DNA of 64,000 nt from Microbotryum violaceum (GCA_001244265.2 CDLV01000007.1:1364001-1428000), one strand, 5' to 3'; positions 1-12,834 are shown, numbered from the stretch's first letter. A program made the numbers and translations. The notes: a model not told the origin generated them from the sequence alone.

Positions 1-1043
1 CGGACGACGAGTGACCGAGCACCAAGTGAGCGAGTGCCCATATGAAAGTGCGCACCCTGCCTTCGATCGATACTGACCTGGAGAAGAACCTTGACTCGCT
101 CGACGGGGGTTGCGACAAGGGTCGTGGGCACGGCACTGAAGAAACCGGCAAAGGCGAGCTCGGCGTTGGACAAAGTCGGCGACGTTCGTTCGGGCGTGAA
201 GCTGTAGACAATCTTCTTTCCCATTGCGTATCCCTGAAGAATGGGGGAGTATACCAAGTGCAGGCAAGGTAGAGAAGAAAGGTAAGCCGCCCGATGTGGG
301 ACATATCGGTGGTGACGTATCAAAGACTTGCCCAGAACGAAACCGCGAACATGGGGGTGACACCGACAAGGGGCGGACCCATGCCTCGGTAGAAGCTGTG
401 GAGAGCATATATATGTCAGATCAGGCACGGGACAGGATGACCAGATGAATCTGGGGGCAGGACTGACCCCTTCAACCCGTCTCGTGCGATCGTCTGCTTG
501 ACGACATCGACCATACCCGTGTACTGACCGGGTGCAGCGGTTTGCAACCTCGTCTTGGTCAGATCAAAGGGTTGACCTGCATGTGTGGCCCGGGATAGGA
601 TGAGGTCAGTCTTGCATTCTGGTGGAACCTATCGAGGCGGCTGGGCCCTCGCAAGCGGGGTCGGTCGTCGACGTCCGGCTATGTCTTGCGCCGTGATAGC
701 CCGTGATTCTTGCGGCCCCGGGACGGACGACACCGGCGACGACAATCAATCAAGCCGGGGGAAAAGCAGCAGGAACAAGTCCAACGCACCAACCAAGACG
801 GAGCAGACACCGCCGAATCCACCGGACAAGAACGACTTGACACCAGCACCCTTCTTCTGAGATACATCCTCGGACTTGGCCGCTGCCGGTGTCGGCGTGG
901 ACGACGACGGTGCAGGAGCAGATGGCGCTGGGGTGGTCGAGGCGGGTGTCCCAGAGGTGGTCTGCAGGGGGGCAGAAGTTCAGTTTTTCTTCTCGTGTTA
1001 GTACGTGCCGTCGTGCCGTCGTGCTACTCACAGAAGTTGCCAT
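1..1043 (-). CDS. CRC1: Mitochondrial carnitine/acylcarnitine carrier (SLC25A20/CRC1/AcuH-like), multi-exon, 3' end runs off the window
   Basis: Spliced minus-strand exons give MATS|QTTSG...KSFLSGGFGGVCSVLVG|QPFDLTKTRLQTAAPGQYTGMVDVVKQTIARDGLKG|FYRGMGPPLVGVTPMFAVSFW|GYAMGKK...TPVERVKVLLQ. This contains two carrier signature motifs Px[DE]xxKxxxQ. Confidence 0.9.
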
Positions 1044-1489
1044 CGTGAGATCGGATGCGGAAGCGGGTGTGAAGAGACCAAACCCGAGGCTGAAGCGCTG
1101 AAGCCTGCAGCGGTTCGGGACTTCTTCAAATTCAAGATCTTCCGTCCCCGGCGCAAGAGCCACTGCACTGCACCAGCGCACACATCACCAAGTCAGCGAT
1201 GCACTCGGTGATCACGACGTCCGGATGTTGGCCTGCATCATTTGGTGTGCTCGATATCCTACTTCCAAAAGACCATGTACCGAACCGACACCTTTGAGAC
1301 CTCATGCAGTGCTGAAATGATTTTCAAGCGCGACAGCTCACGTGATTTCGCGTCGCCTGCGCCCGCCAGCGCCCGCCCGCCCCCACTGCGATCAAAACGT
1401 CATCGCTTCGGAAGTGAGCGATCTCATCATCCTTCCCTCACCACTCTCCTTCTCTCAGCTCGTACCGCATCCCTTAAACTCAAGCCAAC

Positions 1490-1880
1490 ATGTTCTCACT
1501 CATCAACCGATCCGTACGACTGGTTCCCACGTCATTCACGTCAGTACTCCGTCCGCCCGTGCCCCAGTGTTGAAGCGACCTGCCACGAACGATCGATCGA
1601 TCGAACTGAGCGACACCCCACCTTGTCCTCCAGTCGTTCGCTCACCACCACAAGCATCCGCAACGATGCGACTTCCCCCTTGAAAGAACTCAAAAAAGAA
1701 TCCGCCACGATCTCGCACCAAGATGCCAAGAAGAACGAGGCCGAGGCCGAGCAGAAGAAGAAGGCGGATTCCGAGGTCTCTCCCACCAAGTCGAAGAAGG
1801 CAGGGGAGACAACCAAATATGGGACGACGGAGAAGAAAAAGACGGTTGGAGCTCCGAAAGGTGGAAAGAAGAGCCAATAG
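1490..1880 (+). CDS. Small lysine/glutamate-rich hydrophilic protein with a probable mitochondrial presequence (2 exons)
   Basis: ATG at 1490 and a GTCAGT...CTGAG...CCAG intron (1540-1633) give MFSLINRSVRLVPTSFTRSLTTTSIRNDATSPLKELKKE...GGKKSQ*. The N-terminus is rich in R/S/T and lacks acidic residues. Confidence 0.65.
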
Positions 1881-2376
1881 GCCTCGGACGAGGGATGTCT
1901 CGCACTAGGTCGAGGATGTTTGCGCCGAGGCGACACACCGGCTCGATGCTGTGCGGGGGTCTGTGCGTCCATGAATGTACTGTTGGAAGCTGTACAAAGT
2001 ATGATCGAACAATTCACTCCTACAACGTGGTCAAGAGGGAGTTCCACTAAGAGCCTACACGATCAGCGCTTGTAAATTCTGCAGACCAGCGAGTAAAAAC
2101 AAGCAACGGGTCAACTCTGTTGCAGTGCGACGAACAACAGCTTACTAAACAGAACAGAGACAAAAGCATAAAGCATGAAGGTAGCGTGGACACGCGATGA
2201 GTAACGGGCACAGTGCAGTTCACCAATGCTGGCGCTTCCCTAACAAGTTCCTCCCGACTGCGCGCGTAGACCACTACCCCTTCGGTATGCGTGACCGTCC
2301 CAGTAGTGTTAGAACGGGTGGCTGACGAGTCCGGGATTCCATGATTGATGTGAAGATGAAGAGGTTAGAAGGATTT

Positions 2377-3021
2377 CTACGTCTTTGTTCGTTTACTGGG
2401 GAGGGTGGTATTCGCTTGAAAACGAAGGGTCGTCCTGGTCGAAGCTTGAAGTTCGAGCTGAGCATCGAGGTTGCGGCCTGACAAGGGTCGAGATCGGGTG
2501 CCGCGTCGAGGAGGAACTAGTAGTTCCTCTTCGTCGGTCGATGAAGAGTCCATTTCCTGTTCCTCGTCTTTGTGTTCCAGATTACGCTTTCTCGACCTTT
2601 TGCGATTTTTGCGACCTTCTCCGCTCACGACAAAGTTCTTGGGACACCGGCCCCTGACGACGATCTCGTCGCTCTCCCAACGACCCACCTCCACGTGTCT
2701 ACCATCCTCAAGTTCCGCCAGGAGTAACACCATCAGCCTCACAGCTTTCCCAACCCCATTCGCGTTGACCGAGCCGGTGATGTGGTTCGCCGTCGCATTT
2801 CGGAATTGTACTCGAGTATAGGGCGACACGAGTTCACGGCCGTGAGGGTCGTTGCTTGATGGGAGGAATCCGTGCGGTTCGACTTCCGTCGCTTGAGCGA
2901 GGTTGCGGGTCCCGTCGAATTGCAGGATCGAAACGAAGTCAAGAACTGGTGGTGGATTGCGGTGCACTTTTCCAGGAGGTTTGGACGGCGAATGAAACTT
3001 GGTGTTGCGAGCTTTGGTCAT
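2377..3021 (-). CDS. Hypothetical protein
   Basis: 214-aa ATG-initiated ORF with a globular-looking middle, a basic NLS-like stretch (RKNRKRSRKR) and an acidic patch. No family recognised. Confidence 0.35.
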   Translation of the reverse strand: MTKARNTKFHSPSKPPGKVHRNPPPVLDFVSILQFDGTRNLAQATEVEPHGFLPSSNDPHGRELVSPYTRVQFRNATANHITGSVNANGVGKAVRLMVLLLAELEDGRHVEVGRWESDEIVVRGRCPKNFVVSGEGRKNRKRSRKRNLEHKDEEQEMDSSSTDEEELLVPPRRGTRSRPLSGRNLDAQLELQASTRTTLRFQANTTLPSKRTKT

Positions 3022-3262
3022 GGTAAAGAAGCGTCGGACCGGGGCGCCGAGAACGAACAGCGACGCGTGGGCCGAGGGCAGCTTGATCGTGACGTTGAGC
3101 CCGAAATAGTTGCGGCGATACGCGATCCATGCTTGTGCCTCTTTTGAGTGAATGAACAGCGGAGGATCGATGCGCGGAATTATATCTTGTCTGAGTAGAA
3201 ATCGATCAATGTGGCGTCAGTCGGATGGTGGGCGCTCAACGATTCAAGATCTCGAAGAGGGC

Positions 3263-5311
3263 TCACTGCTGGTTGAATGAGTCGATCACAGCTTCGCCCG
3301 GAAGGAAAGGCCCGAAAAGCCATCTCTTTGATGTCCACTCCGACTTGAGGTCCTCGAGTTGAGCGGCTTCATCCCTCGAAGTTAGACGATGGCTTCGCGG
3401 CTTGGGTGGTGGGCTCCGACGGTCAGACGTCTCGCTCGACGCCGGCGACGACAGCGGCAAGTCGAAGCCCTGAGCCTGTTCGTGTAGATCGATTGCGTGT
3501 GGTTGTAGTGAGTCCTCACTGATACAGGTTCCACAAGTAGCTTCACAGCCCTCGCTGCCTTTCTCGTCCTCCAACTGTCGCTGACGAGGGACGACAGGGG
3601 CTGTCACCGGGGTCTTTTTCGTATCCGAGCGCGGTTGAGCCGGTCCACTGTCGCCATCGCGAGCCTCTTCAACACAATCGGGCGTTCGTTCAGAGCACTT
3701 GTTTACCCAAGAGTGAACAAACAGTGGTGTTCGAGGTGATGACGCAAAAGCTCCGACAGGTTCGATCGGAGAAGAGCTTGGTTGATGCGCAAGAGGAGCG
3801 ACTGCGGCAGGAGACTTGGCAGGCGATTCGCTTCGAGTACGCATTTGCTTGAGATGTGAGGAGCCCCTTTCAGCACTTGCTTGTTGGAGAACGAGCCTTA
3901 TGAGAGCGATCCGATCCTTCTCCTCTACTGCACCTTCTTCGTCATTCTCCGAGCACCTCGAGAGACGTCCTACTCGTTCGGGACTGCTGAGGAACGCCTT
4001 TGATGCTGACGTCTGGCCTGACCGGCTCAAGACTGATGCCATAGGGCCCTCGAGTTGATCTGATAGCGAATTAGGCGAGACCGACCTTGACGAGATGTCC
4101 AAGTTGTCACTCATCGGCATGTGTACCTCAGTGCCGGTGGGAGTAGGAGGCGGTGGCACAAGCGCGAACGAAGCGAGTCCCGAGGCCGCCACTGAAGCCA
4201 GTTGTCGAAGGGCCCGATCGCCTTTAGGTACAAAGAACAGGGATGCAATTGGACCAACCGTCTCTGTTCCATTTCCATTCTCTTGGCCTGATGCGTTCGT
4301 CACCGAGCCCTTGTGGCAAGAATCAAGTGGAAGGACATCCATGACATAAGCTGGGTAGGGATGGAGTGCAGGGGTTGTCGTTTCACTCGCAGGGAAGGTC
4401 GGAAAAGATGGGTATCCGCTGCTGGGTGGAAAGTAGAACTCGTGGCTCTGGTGTGTGGAGCCATGGTGCGAATTTGCTCGCCGATGAAAGGTCTGGTACG
4501 TCTCGTCGTTTTGGCCCTGGTCAAGCTCTTTCGACGACGTGGGATAGAACCAAGGAGAAGATTGGGATTGTAACTCTTCACTCTCTCCTGTTTGCCGGCG
4601 ATAGTCGTAGAAAGGAGTGCGGTAGGACTCAGGAGCGGTCCACGGGTGAGAACGTTCCCCCTGAGCAGACAAAAGGGAAAGAGAAGGCGTCGCGCACGGA
4701 TCCGAGGCGTCCGCGGAGTGCGATGAGATGGACGACAGTGCAAGCAGGGAGCTCGACAGATGATACGTGGGTTGCTGCAACTGTTGATGTTGTGAATGAG
4801 GTGCAATGCTGCAATTCCGAGGCAACTTGCGTGCTAGGTCAGCGCTCAACGCACTGCGATCGCTTCCAACCCCGACCAGCGAGATCCGAGAGGGGCAACA
4901 CCGAGCCCGGCGTAGCAGGAGCCTAGCGTCACTCACGTGAAAGTGGTTTGTCGTTCGTGAAAAGTCGCAGCAAAAGGGGTCTGATGCTGTAGAGAGGGAT
5001 GAGTATTCAGCGCAGGTAGAGGAATAGGAAAATGAGATATATGGTGTCTGGACGAGTCGGTGGGGTACATGGTACACTCCGCAAGTCCGCACGCGACGAG
5101 CTAAAGACGATACGTGGTCGCGACATGCGCTAGAGCAGAAGTTAACCACCGAAAAGGTGCACTCGGTGGAAGCCGATGTCGACAGCAATAGAAAGGAGAC
5201 GACCACTGGAAAGGGCCCAGAGCGATCGGGAAGCTTTCGGCCGAGTTGCTTCCGAAGACACCCCTCTTGAACAAACAGTCCGAACTTCCGTGCGCTCCTG
5301 TCCCCCCGCAA
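3263..5311 (-). CDS. Hypothetical S/P-rich, largely disordered protein; true start uncertain
   Basis: 682-codon open frame, far longer than expected by chance. The C-terminus (SEWTSKRWLFGPFLPGEAV) looks conserved but is not recognised. Confidence 0.5.
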   Translation of the reverse strand: MRGDRSARKFGLFVQEGCLRKQLGRKLPDRSGPFPVVVSFLLLSTSASTECTFSVVNFCSSACRDHVSSLARRVRTCGVYHVPHRLVQTPYISFSYSSTCAEYSSLSTASDPFCCDFSRTTNHFHVSDARLLLRRARCCPSRISLVGVGSDRSALSADLARKLPRNCSIAPHSQHQQLQQPTYHLSSSLLALSSISSHSADASDPCATPSLSLLSAQGERSHPWTAPESYRTPFYDYRRQTGESEELQSQSSPWFYPTSSKELDQGQNDETYQTFHRRANSHHGSTHQSHEFYFPPSSGYPSFPTFPASETTTPALHPYPAYVMDVLPLDSCHKGSVTNASGQENGNGTETVGPIASLFFVPKGDRALRQLASVAASGLASFALVPPPPTPTGTEVHMPMSDNLDISSRSVSPNSLSDQLEGPMASVLSRSGQTSASKAFLSSPERVGRLSRCSENDEEGAVEEKDRIALIRLVLQQASAERGSSHLKQMRTRSESPAKSPAAVAPLAHQPSSSPIEPVGAFASSPRTPLFVHSWVNKCSERTPDCVEEARDGDSGPAQPRSDTKKTPVTAPVVPRQRQLEDEKGSEGCEATCGTCISEDSLQPHAIDLHEQAQGFDLPLSSPASSETSDRRSPPPKPRSHRLTSRDEAAQLEDLKSEWTSKRWLFGPFLPGEAVIDSFNQQ

Positions 5312-5635
5312 CGCCTGTGTTCCTCGCCGCGGCTCACCAATCCCGAGACCTATCGTATAGAGTTGACTCCCCAGAGTAGTAAAAGGAGACCAATCAAATG
5401 TGAAACCTGTTCTTTCTGTGTCGCACTAATGCGGTATCCTCACGAGCTGGGTCTTTAGGGAACGTGAGTCCGGTTATCTTTCACCGAGCTCCGAGGACCT
5501 CGCCAGTCCAATATTGTGTGGGGAGCTGAGAGGCTCTAACATTTCCGCGAGCTTGACGTCAGCCATCAGGTACATGAGCTCGTCCACGTGGTATTACAAC
5601 ATACATATCTGTGCCGAAATCCGTGGCTCCTCCGT

Positions 5636-6425
5636 TCACACTGGAAGCTTACCCGTCCGTTGGTAAGTCGCGACTTCCTGGACTGTCCATTTCCTCTTCT
5701 CCGTATCATCCTCGATCTGCATCTTTTCACTCTCTTCATCGTCTTCATCAAACTCGACACGAGCCCTCCAGTCCCACTCCTCGCCACTCTCACCGTCCTT
5801 GAGGCTCAGTATCCTTTCCGAGGCACCCTCGACCAGCTTCTCGCGTTCCTCCATCGCTCGTTTCCGGCTCGCCTCCTCTTTGAAGACACGGGGCAATGAC
5901 TCTTCAAGCTCGCTCAAGTAGTTCTCGACTTCGACGGTCTAGAGGATCGGAACCAAGAATGTCAGTCAGCTAGATTCCCAGAGCTGAGAGCGTGGGAGCG
6001 CGCGAACTGACCTGCTTCGTCCTCAACAAGGTCCCGACGACCCAATCCTTGGCCGGCTCGACGCTAACGGCGGGTACAACGAGCGACCCTTTCCATCTCT
6101 CGGCTTTTGGGTCCCTCTTTGGCTCGCCATTACGATACCGCCTCTCCGCTTCCCTCGGATTGCCGACCGAGCTCAGCAGCCCTCCCAAGGCGGCGACATG
6201 GGACAGGATAAGGTTGTAGCGACTGATCACCTCGTTGTAGCTCAGCAGTCCAGGGTGCTGCGTTGAAGGCGACGGTACGGTCGAGGAAAGGTAGTGCACC
6301 TGAGACAGCAGCAGTTGGATCGAGTCGATGAGCTGCACGAGCTTGAGTCGGACCGCGTCGAGCTCGTTGGGTGCGATCGACTGGGGCTGGTGAGGGGGTG
6401 CCAGCGGCGGAAGAGCTTGCGACAT
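5636..6425 (-). CDS. MED8: Mediator of RNA polymerase II transcription subunit 8 (2 exons)
   Basis: LDAVRLKLVQLIDSI...SYNEVISRYNLILSH...VVP...GTLLRTKQ|TVEVENYL...EEWDWRARV...YQRTG matches Med8 features (LLRTK motif). The intron follows KQ. Confidence 0.75.
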
Positions 6426-6647
6426 CCAGCCGACTCGCGACCAACCGCGAAGATGGCTTGCTGAGGTAGCGCTTCCACTCCGAGTGGACTTGGAAAGAGG
6501 GAAAGTGAAGGAGGGACACAAATCGGAGGGAGGCGGTCAAAGCGGAAGCGTGGCACTGCGCGACACTTGTTGCCGCCCACGTTATTTGGTGCTTCTTCGT
6601 TATTTCACCGCGACACAACAACAGTAACCCATCTACAGCCAGCCTTG

Positions 6648-7849
6648 ATGAGCCAAGAGACGTTTAGGTCCGCCATCCCTCTACCTGGACAGAGCAGCAA
6701 GTCGTTGCTGCTTATTGTGCTGCTTGCCGATACACCGCTGCCTCCGTCGGTCCATTTCCTCCCACCTCCGCAATTCGGTTTGATAAGCTGACGATCATGA
6801 AATCTGTCTCGCTCAAACTCACAGCGTCAAAGCAGCGCATGGGAACTACCATGACATATTCACTAGCCTATTCGAGCACTCGGTCCAGCTTCACGCCTCG
6901 CAAATCAATCTGGGGTCGAAAACAACGAGTGGAACCCAATCTGAAGCGGTGCTGACGGTGGAGAGCTACGATGCCGTGCAAGGCCAATACCCGACAGAGG
7001 ATCGGGTCAAAGAAGCGAACGGAGTGCTCATTACAGGGAGCGGTACGTCGTTCAAAGAAAGATCACCGAGTCTTCTCAGCGTGCCTATCTAGTCCTTCGA
7101 CTCGGCTGGCAGAATCTGACTCTATGGTCTCGGTAATTGCATGTTGTTCGCCCACAGCTTCTTCAGCATACGAACCAATCGACTGGATCACCAAGCTCGT
7201 AGCATATACCACCTCCTTGCCCAAGATCAACCCGCAGATCAGATTAATCGGTATCTGCTTCGGGCACCAAATCATCGCGAGGGCCTTCGGGTCGACGGTC
7301 GAGAGAAACAGCAAGGGGTGGGAAGTTGGAGTGAGGGTGATGGATCTAACAGAGTGTGGTTCCAGCATCTTTGGGGGTGAAAGATTGGTGAGTGTCGCGG
7401 TGATCTGCGGTGATCTATGCCGGAAGCGTCTCCGCCGTCGGCCGAGGAAGCCTACGGCAGTTTGGGACCTCCTCGTCGAGCCTCGCCGCCGACACCATCC
7501 CCACATTGATGTTCCACAGGCGATTCACCAGATGCATCGAGATCACGTCCCTTCTCTGCCGTCCGGTTTCGAACTGTTGGGATCGACACCGATATGTTCC
7601 ATCCATGGCATGGTCAAATATTCCAGCTCGGCCCCTCCACCGCCGTCAGCCAACCTAAGCGACATCGAGGTCCTAACGTTGCAAGGCCACCCCGAGTTCT
7701 CTCCCGACATTGTGCTCAAGGTGATCCAAGTGCGAGCCGAACGAGGCGTGTTTGATCCCGAGATGGCAGAGAAAAGCCGAGCGCATGCGCGGGGATCGGA
7801 TGAGGGTGTCCGGATAGGCGAGGTTGTGCTCCGGATTATTGGGCTTTAA
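6648..7849 (+). CDS. Class I glutamine amidotransferase-like protein (YLR126C-like), multi-exon
   Basis: LADTPLP, GVLITGS, nucleophile elbow GICFGHQ, MHRDHV and QGHPEF give the Cys-His-Glu triad. Confidence 0.9.
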
Positions 7850-8125
7850 GGATATGCAGTGCGTCCGCATGATGAATGGATAGTGATTTCTAGTAGGATC
7901 TAGATCTTGCCAGCAGTCAATAAAGATGACAAGGACAGAGCCTAATCTTGAGTGGAGGCGATTCCATGAGCTCTGCCCATCGGAACCTGTTGTCAGCCGT
8001 TGGATGGATTTCACGTGGCGCAGCGACCCGACAGCGCCCTCACTCTCTCTCCTGCCACCACCACCCCTCCTCCCCACATCCCACCTCTGCGAGGCCCATC
8101 ACATTCCTACTTCAGCATCACAACC

Positions 8126-10740
8126 ATGTCCTTCAACGTTCCCGGTGTCAAGGTTCTTGGTGAGTGATTGCTTGTGCGAATGAGTGTGTAGACCTTACTT
8201 GCCGGCCGCCGTGACCGCATGCGTTCCGACGTCATGTGGAGGACGACCGACAAAACGAAGCCGTGGGCCCGGCTAAGCCAGTGCGCGGCCTGTTCCGAGA
8301 TGGGGTATGCGCCCAGTCCGGGCACCATCGGAGCAGATCGCCGACCGGCCTCATCAGACGCAACACAGTTACTGTCGAAGAACAATGCAATAGACGAGGG
8401 CGTCGATACGCTGCTTGGACTGCATGATCTCCGTGATTAGAATGTCATAAGCCAGCGCCGCTAACCCCGCGCCCGCTTTGCCCCTCATGTTCCCGTCCTA
8501 TCCTCCTCGGCCGGTTCCGGATCGCCGTATTCGCCCACCCTCACCTCTCCGTGCGACACAGGAAAGGTCACTGGCGCCCATGCCGAGATTATCACCAATG
8601 AGTCGCTCAAGTTTCTCGCCGTGCTGCACCGCAACTTCAACCCGACTCGCAAGGCGCTCCTCGCCCGTCGCAAGCTCGAGCAGGCCAAGTACGACGCCGG
8701 CGCCTTGCCTGATTTTTTGCCCGAGACGCGCCACGTTCGCGAGGACAAGACCTGGACCGGACCTGCCCCTCTTCCCGGCTTGCAAGACCGTCGTGTCGAG
8801 ATCACTGGCCCCGTCGACCGAAAGATGGTCAGTTCCGAGAGCTAATCGGCCTTCGCCCTTCTCTTGGGCACGCTTCGCCGAGATGAGCGGTCCCGGAACG
8901 AACGACTTTGAGCGCTACGCGAATGCTAAATCTTCTTTGCGTTGTTTTTAAATTTCATTGTAGGTGATCAACGCTCTCAACTCGGGTGCTGCCACCTTCA
9001 TGGCCGACTTTGAGGGTGAGTCCGGATCTCAGGTATGCCGCGCTGGGTTGGGTCGAGCTCCGGCTTCCGATCCGCTGGCCGCCGCCCGGTTATCTCGGCG
9101 AACCGCTCGATCGTTCAGGCACCAAACTGGGCGGCCCGTGGCGAGCTTGCCGACCCCTGGTCTCATACACGATCATCCCCATTCCGCCCATTCCGCAAGA
9201 TTTATGTTCGGCTGACGATTCTCTTGTACCTGACCAGACTCGAATGCTCCTACGTGGTCGAACAACCTCGACGGTCAAGTCAACCTCCGCGATGCGGTCC
9301 GACGCACCATCTCTTTCAAGAACCCGAACGGAAAGGAGTACAAGCTGATCGAAAAGCCTGCGACCTTGCTCGTCCGCGCGCGTGGATGGCACCTCGACGA
9401 GATCCACGTCACCGTTGATGGCGAGGCAATGTCCGGCGGCATCTTCGACTTTGGTCTCTACTTCTTCTGGAACGCCAAGGAGGCCATCTCGCGTGGGTTC
9501 GGTCCTTACTTCTACTTGCCCAAGATGGAGCACTACCTAGAGCCGAGGTTGTGGAACGACATCTTCCGCTTGTCGCAGGACTACATCGGCATCCCGCGTG
9601 GCTCGATTCGCGCGACGTGCCTTATCGAGACCATCACCGCGGCTTTCCAAATGGACGAGTTTATCTACGAGCTTCGCGAGCACTCAAGCGGCCTTAACTG
9701 CGGTCGATGGGACTGTGAGTTTGGGATATGCTTCGATGCGCCTCATGCATGGGTCGATGGGAATGACGCATGCTGATTGACCGGAAGTGTCCGACTTGGC
9801 GATCTCCTAGACATCTTCTCGTTCATCAAGAAGATGCGCATGCACCCCGAATTCGTGCTTCCCGACCGTGGGCACGTTGCCATGACCGTTCCCTTCAGTA
9901 CGTTCGTATGGCGATCACACCGGTTGCTTGCAGGCCGGAAACGTACTGACGGCTGGAACCGAGTCGTGCAGTGGATGCCTACGTCCGCCTGCTCATCCAA
10001 ACATGCCACAAGCGAGGTGTCGCCGCCATCGGCGGCATGTCGGCGCAAATCCCGATCAAGAACGACGAAGCCCGCAACGAGGCGGCCATGGCCAAGGTCC
10101 GCGCCGACAAGGAGCGTGAGAGTCTTGCCGGCCACGACGGTACCTGGGTCGCTCACCCCGCGCTCGTTAAGATCGCGTTGGAGATCTTCAACAAGAATAT
10201 GGTCGGCCCGAATCAGTACCACATTCGCCGCGAGGAAGTGACCGTCACCGCGCTCGACCTGCTCAACACTAATGTGCCCGGGACGATCTCCGAGGACGGC
10301 GTCCGCTCCAACTGCTCGGCGTTGTTGCACTACTGCGCAAACTGGATCGGCGGTCTCGGCTGCGTTCCTGTTGCCAATGTGAGTCCTCTGAGATCGACCA
10401 CAGACCCAATTCATTTTGACTGACCTGTGGAGAGATCTCGCTCGGCGGTCGCCCGCAGATGATGGAAGACGCCGCCACGGCTGAGATCTCTCGTTCGCAG
10501 CTCTGGCACTGGAACTACCACGGCGCGAGCACCGGCGACGGCCAAAAGATCACGACCAATTACATTGACCGAATTTTGGACGAGGAGACAAAGAAGGTCA
10601 AGGCGACCGGCCTCGATGCCCGCCGCGTCGACATCTCGGCGCGATACCTCAAGGAACAGATCCGCGCTAAGTACCTCAGTGACTTCTTAACCTCGGATCT
10701 CTCGCCTTATCTTGCCGAGGGTCCTTCGGCCAAGATGTAG
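8126..10740 (+). CDS. MLS1: Malate synthase (glyoxylate cycle), multi-exon, PTS1-like C-terminus AKM
   Basis: [70 protein letters not shown] and [15 protein letters not shown] are all present. Confidence 0.97.
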
Positions 10741-11101
10741 GAGGAATAAATTCTTACGCGTCCGGTCCGTGCTTTTCGCGGGCCATTATTGTGTGTACTC
10801 CGTTTCCCGAGTCCCGCCCTCTCTATATTCGTGCGAGCGATCGTGCAGAGTCATAACTGGTGTGTGGTATTTGATATATGACAAACAGAAAGATTCGGAA
10901 TGGAGATGGCTCGTGCCTACCGCATGCATCACTGTCTTTTGACCATCGATCACTGACTCTGTGCACCGACCTGGCGGCCCCAAGCGGTCCGTGCAGAGGA
11001 ATGCCGAGTCGAGCGATCGCCCCCACAAGTCGCTCGGTCCCACCTGGGTTTTCCGTCCACCGATCCCCGATCGCACTTATACCCACCTCAACTCTGTTAC
11101 G

Positions 11102-12834
11102 ATGCGGTGGCTATCCCTACTCTCGATACCGCTCTTGATTAACGGACTGCCTCAAAAGCAGTATCCTTTCGGTGTGGACCCTACTTCAACCTCCGATGCA
11201 GCCAGACTCGCCATCTCTGCCCTCTCGCTCTCGCAGGCATTGACCCCCTCGATCGTGGCCTCCATGTCGGCCAAGCTCGAGACCGTAGATGAAGACAGCC
11301 ATAGGAGATTACGGCAGCATATCGAAGCCCTTCCCGAGAAGCGTTTAGTGCGGTTCGAGGAGGGGGTCCGACGGTCGAGTTGGCGGAAGGGGCCAAAGCG
11401 TTGTTGACGCTGCAGGGCATTCGATTCATAGATGTGACCAAAGAGGATCCAGCTTTACTGTCGGCCTTAAAGGAACCTACCTATCCGACCAAATTGAGTC
11501 GTGCGTCTGCCCAAAAAACTGTGGGCCTCACGGCACTGGCCTGTACTCTGTACAGGCGGCTTGCTTATCGCCGATCTCGGGTTGTCATGCTGAACACAAG
11601 CCTTTCACGGCGCCAAAACCCTGCGCAGAAACGAGCAAGCAACTCGAGCATCTGTTCAATCACATCGATATTCCTACCATGAAGGCCTTCTTGACCCGAT
11701 TTTCGGGTTTCTATACCCGCTATTATCGCTCCTCGACGGGTCGGGAATCGCAGCAATTTCTTCTCGGCCACCTAAAAGAGGTCAGTTTGAGGCCCAGTTT
11801 GTTGATCATCGAAGAGGTATGTAACAGGTAATTCTCTGAAGCTCTAACTTTCTCTATCCCCATGCCCAATGTATCCCAGGTACTGGCAAATAGCGGCTCC
11901 AAAGCGAATGTGACCTTCTCCGAATTCGAGCACTCGTGGACTCAGCGTACCATCATCGTGAGATTTGAGCCGACCAAGGCCAAGAACCCCTCCTCAGCAC
12001 CCATCGTAATTCTCGGTGCTCATCAAGATAGCACCAATTCGTTACCCTTCCTTCGTGCACCGGGGGCGGACGATGACGGCTCTGGCACTACGACTCTCGT
12101 TACGGGCTTCCGTGCCCTGGCCGAAGAACATTTCGAGGCGACAACAGTCGCCGTCGAGTTTATGTTCTTCTCCGCTGAGGAAGGTGGCCTACTGGGCTCG
12201 GGCGAGGTTGCTCAGGCGTATGCACGTGAAGAGAAGCAGATCCGAGCCATGTTTCACATGGATGTCGTCGCCTTTGTCAAGGTGAGCCGTTCCTACAGCC
12301 TCTCGGCATCGCGGATGGAGATGCTCACTCTCATTTCGATATTGTATATCGTGCTATTAGATAGGTACTAAGCCTAGAATCGGAATAATCGGTGACAACG
12401 TCTCGCAACCGCTTACTCAATTCATGCGGCTGCTTATTACCGAGTACGCCGAAATTGATTACGTTGATACTGCGTGTGGATAGTAAGTCAAACGAGACCT
12501 CGCCACCCATTGATACAAATGAACCCAAGTGTACATTGTTTTTTGCCGCACAGTGGATGTTCCGACTTTGCCAGTTTTCACAAGATCGGCGCACCGGCGG
12601 CTTGCTTGTCCGAAGGTCGATTCGAAGATTCCAACACTCAGTAAGTCTCTTGGCGCTAACGATGTTGTCAGTCAAGCCACTGATGAAAGGGTGCTTCATG
12701 TATCTGGACCCATTAGCATGCACTCGGCCCAAGACACGATGGATATTCCAGAGTTCAGCTTCGAGCACATGGCTCAGTTTGTTCGAGTCGGCATCGCCTA
12801 TGCGATCGAGCTGGGCAAGATGAAGAAGGGCTGA
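11102..12834 (+). CDS. Secreted M28 leucine aminopeptidase (LAP1-like); apparent 1-nt frameshift at G-run 11362-11366
   Basis: Signal peptide MRWLSLLSIPLLING; GAHQDS, PGADDDGSG, FSAEEGGLLGS, MDVVAF, CGYGCSD and MHSAQD zinc-ligand motifs. Confidence 0.9.
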
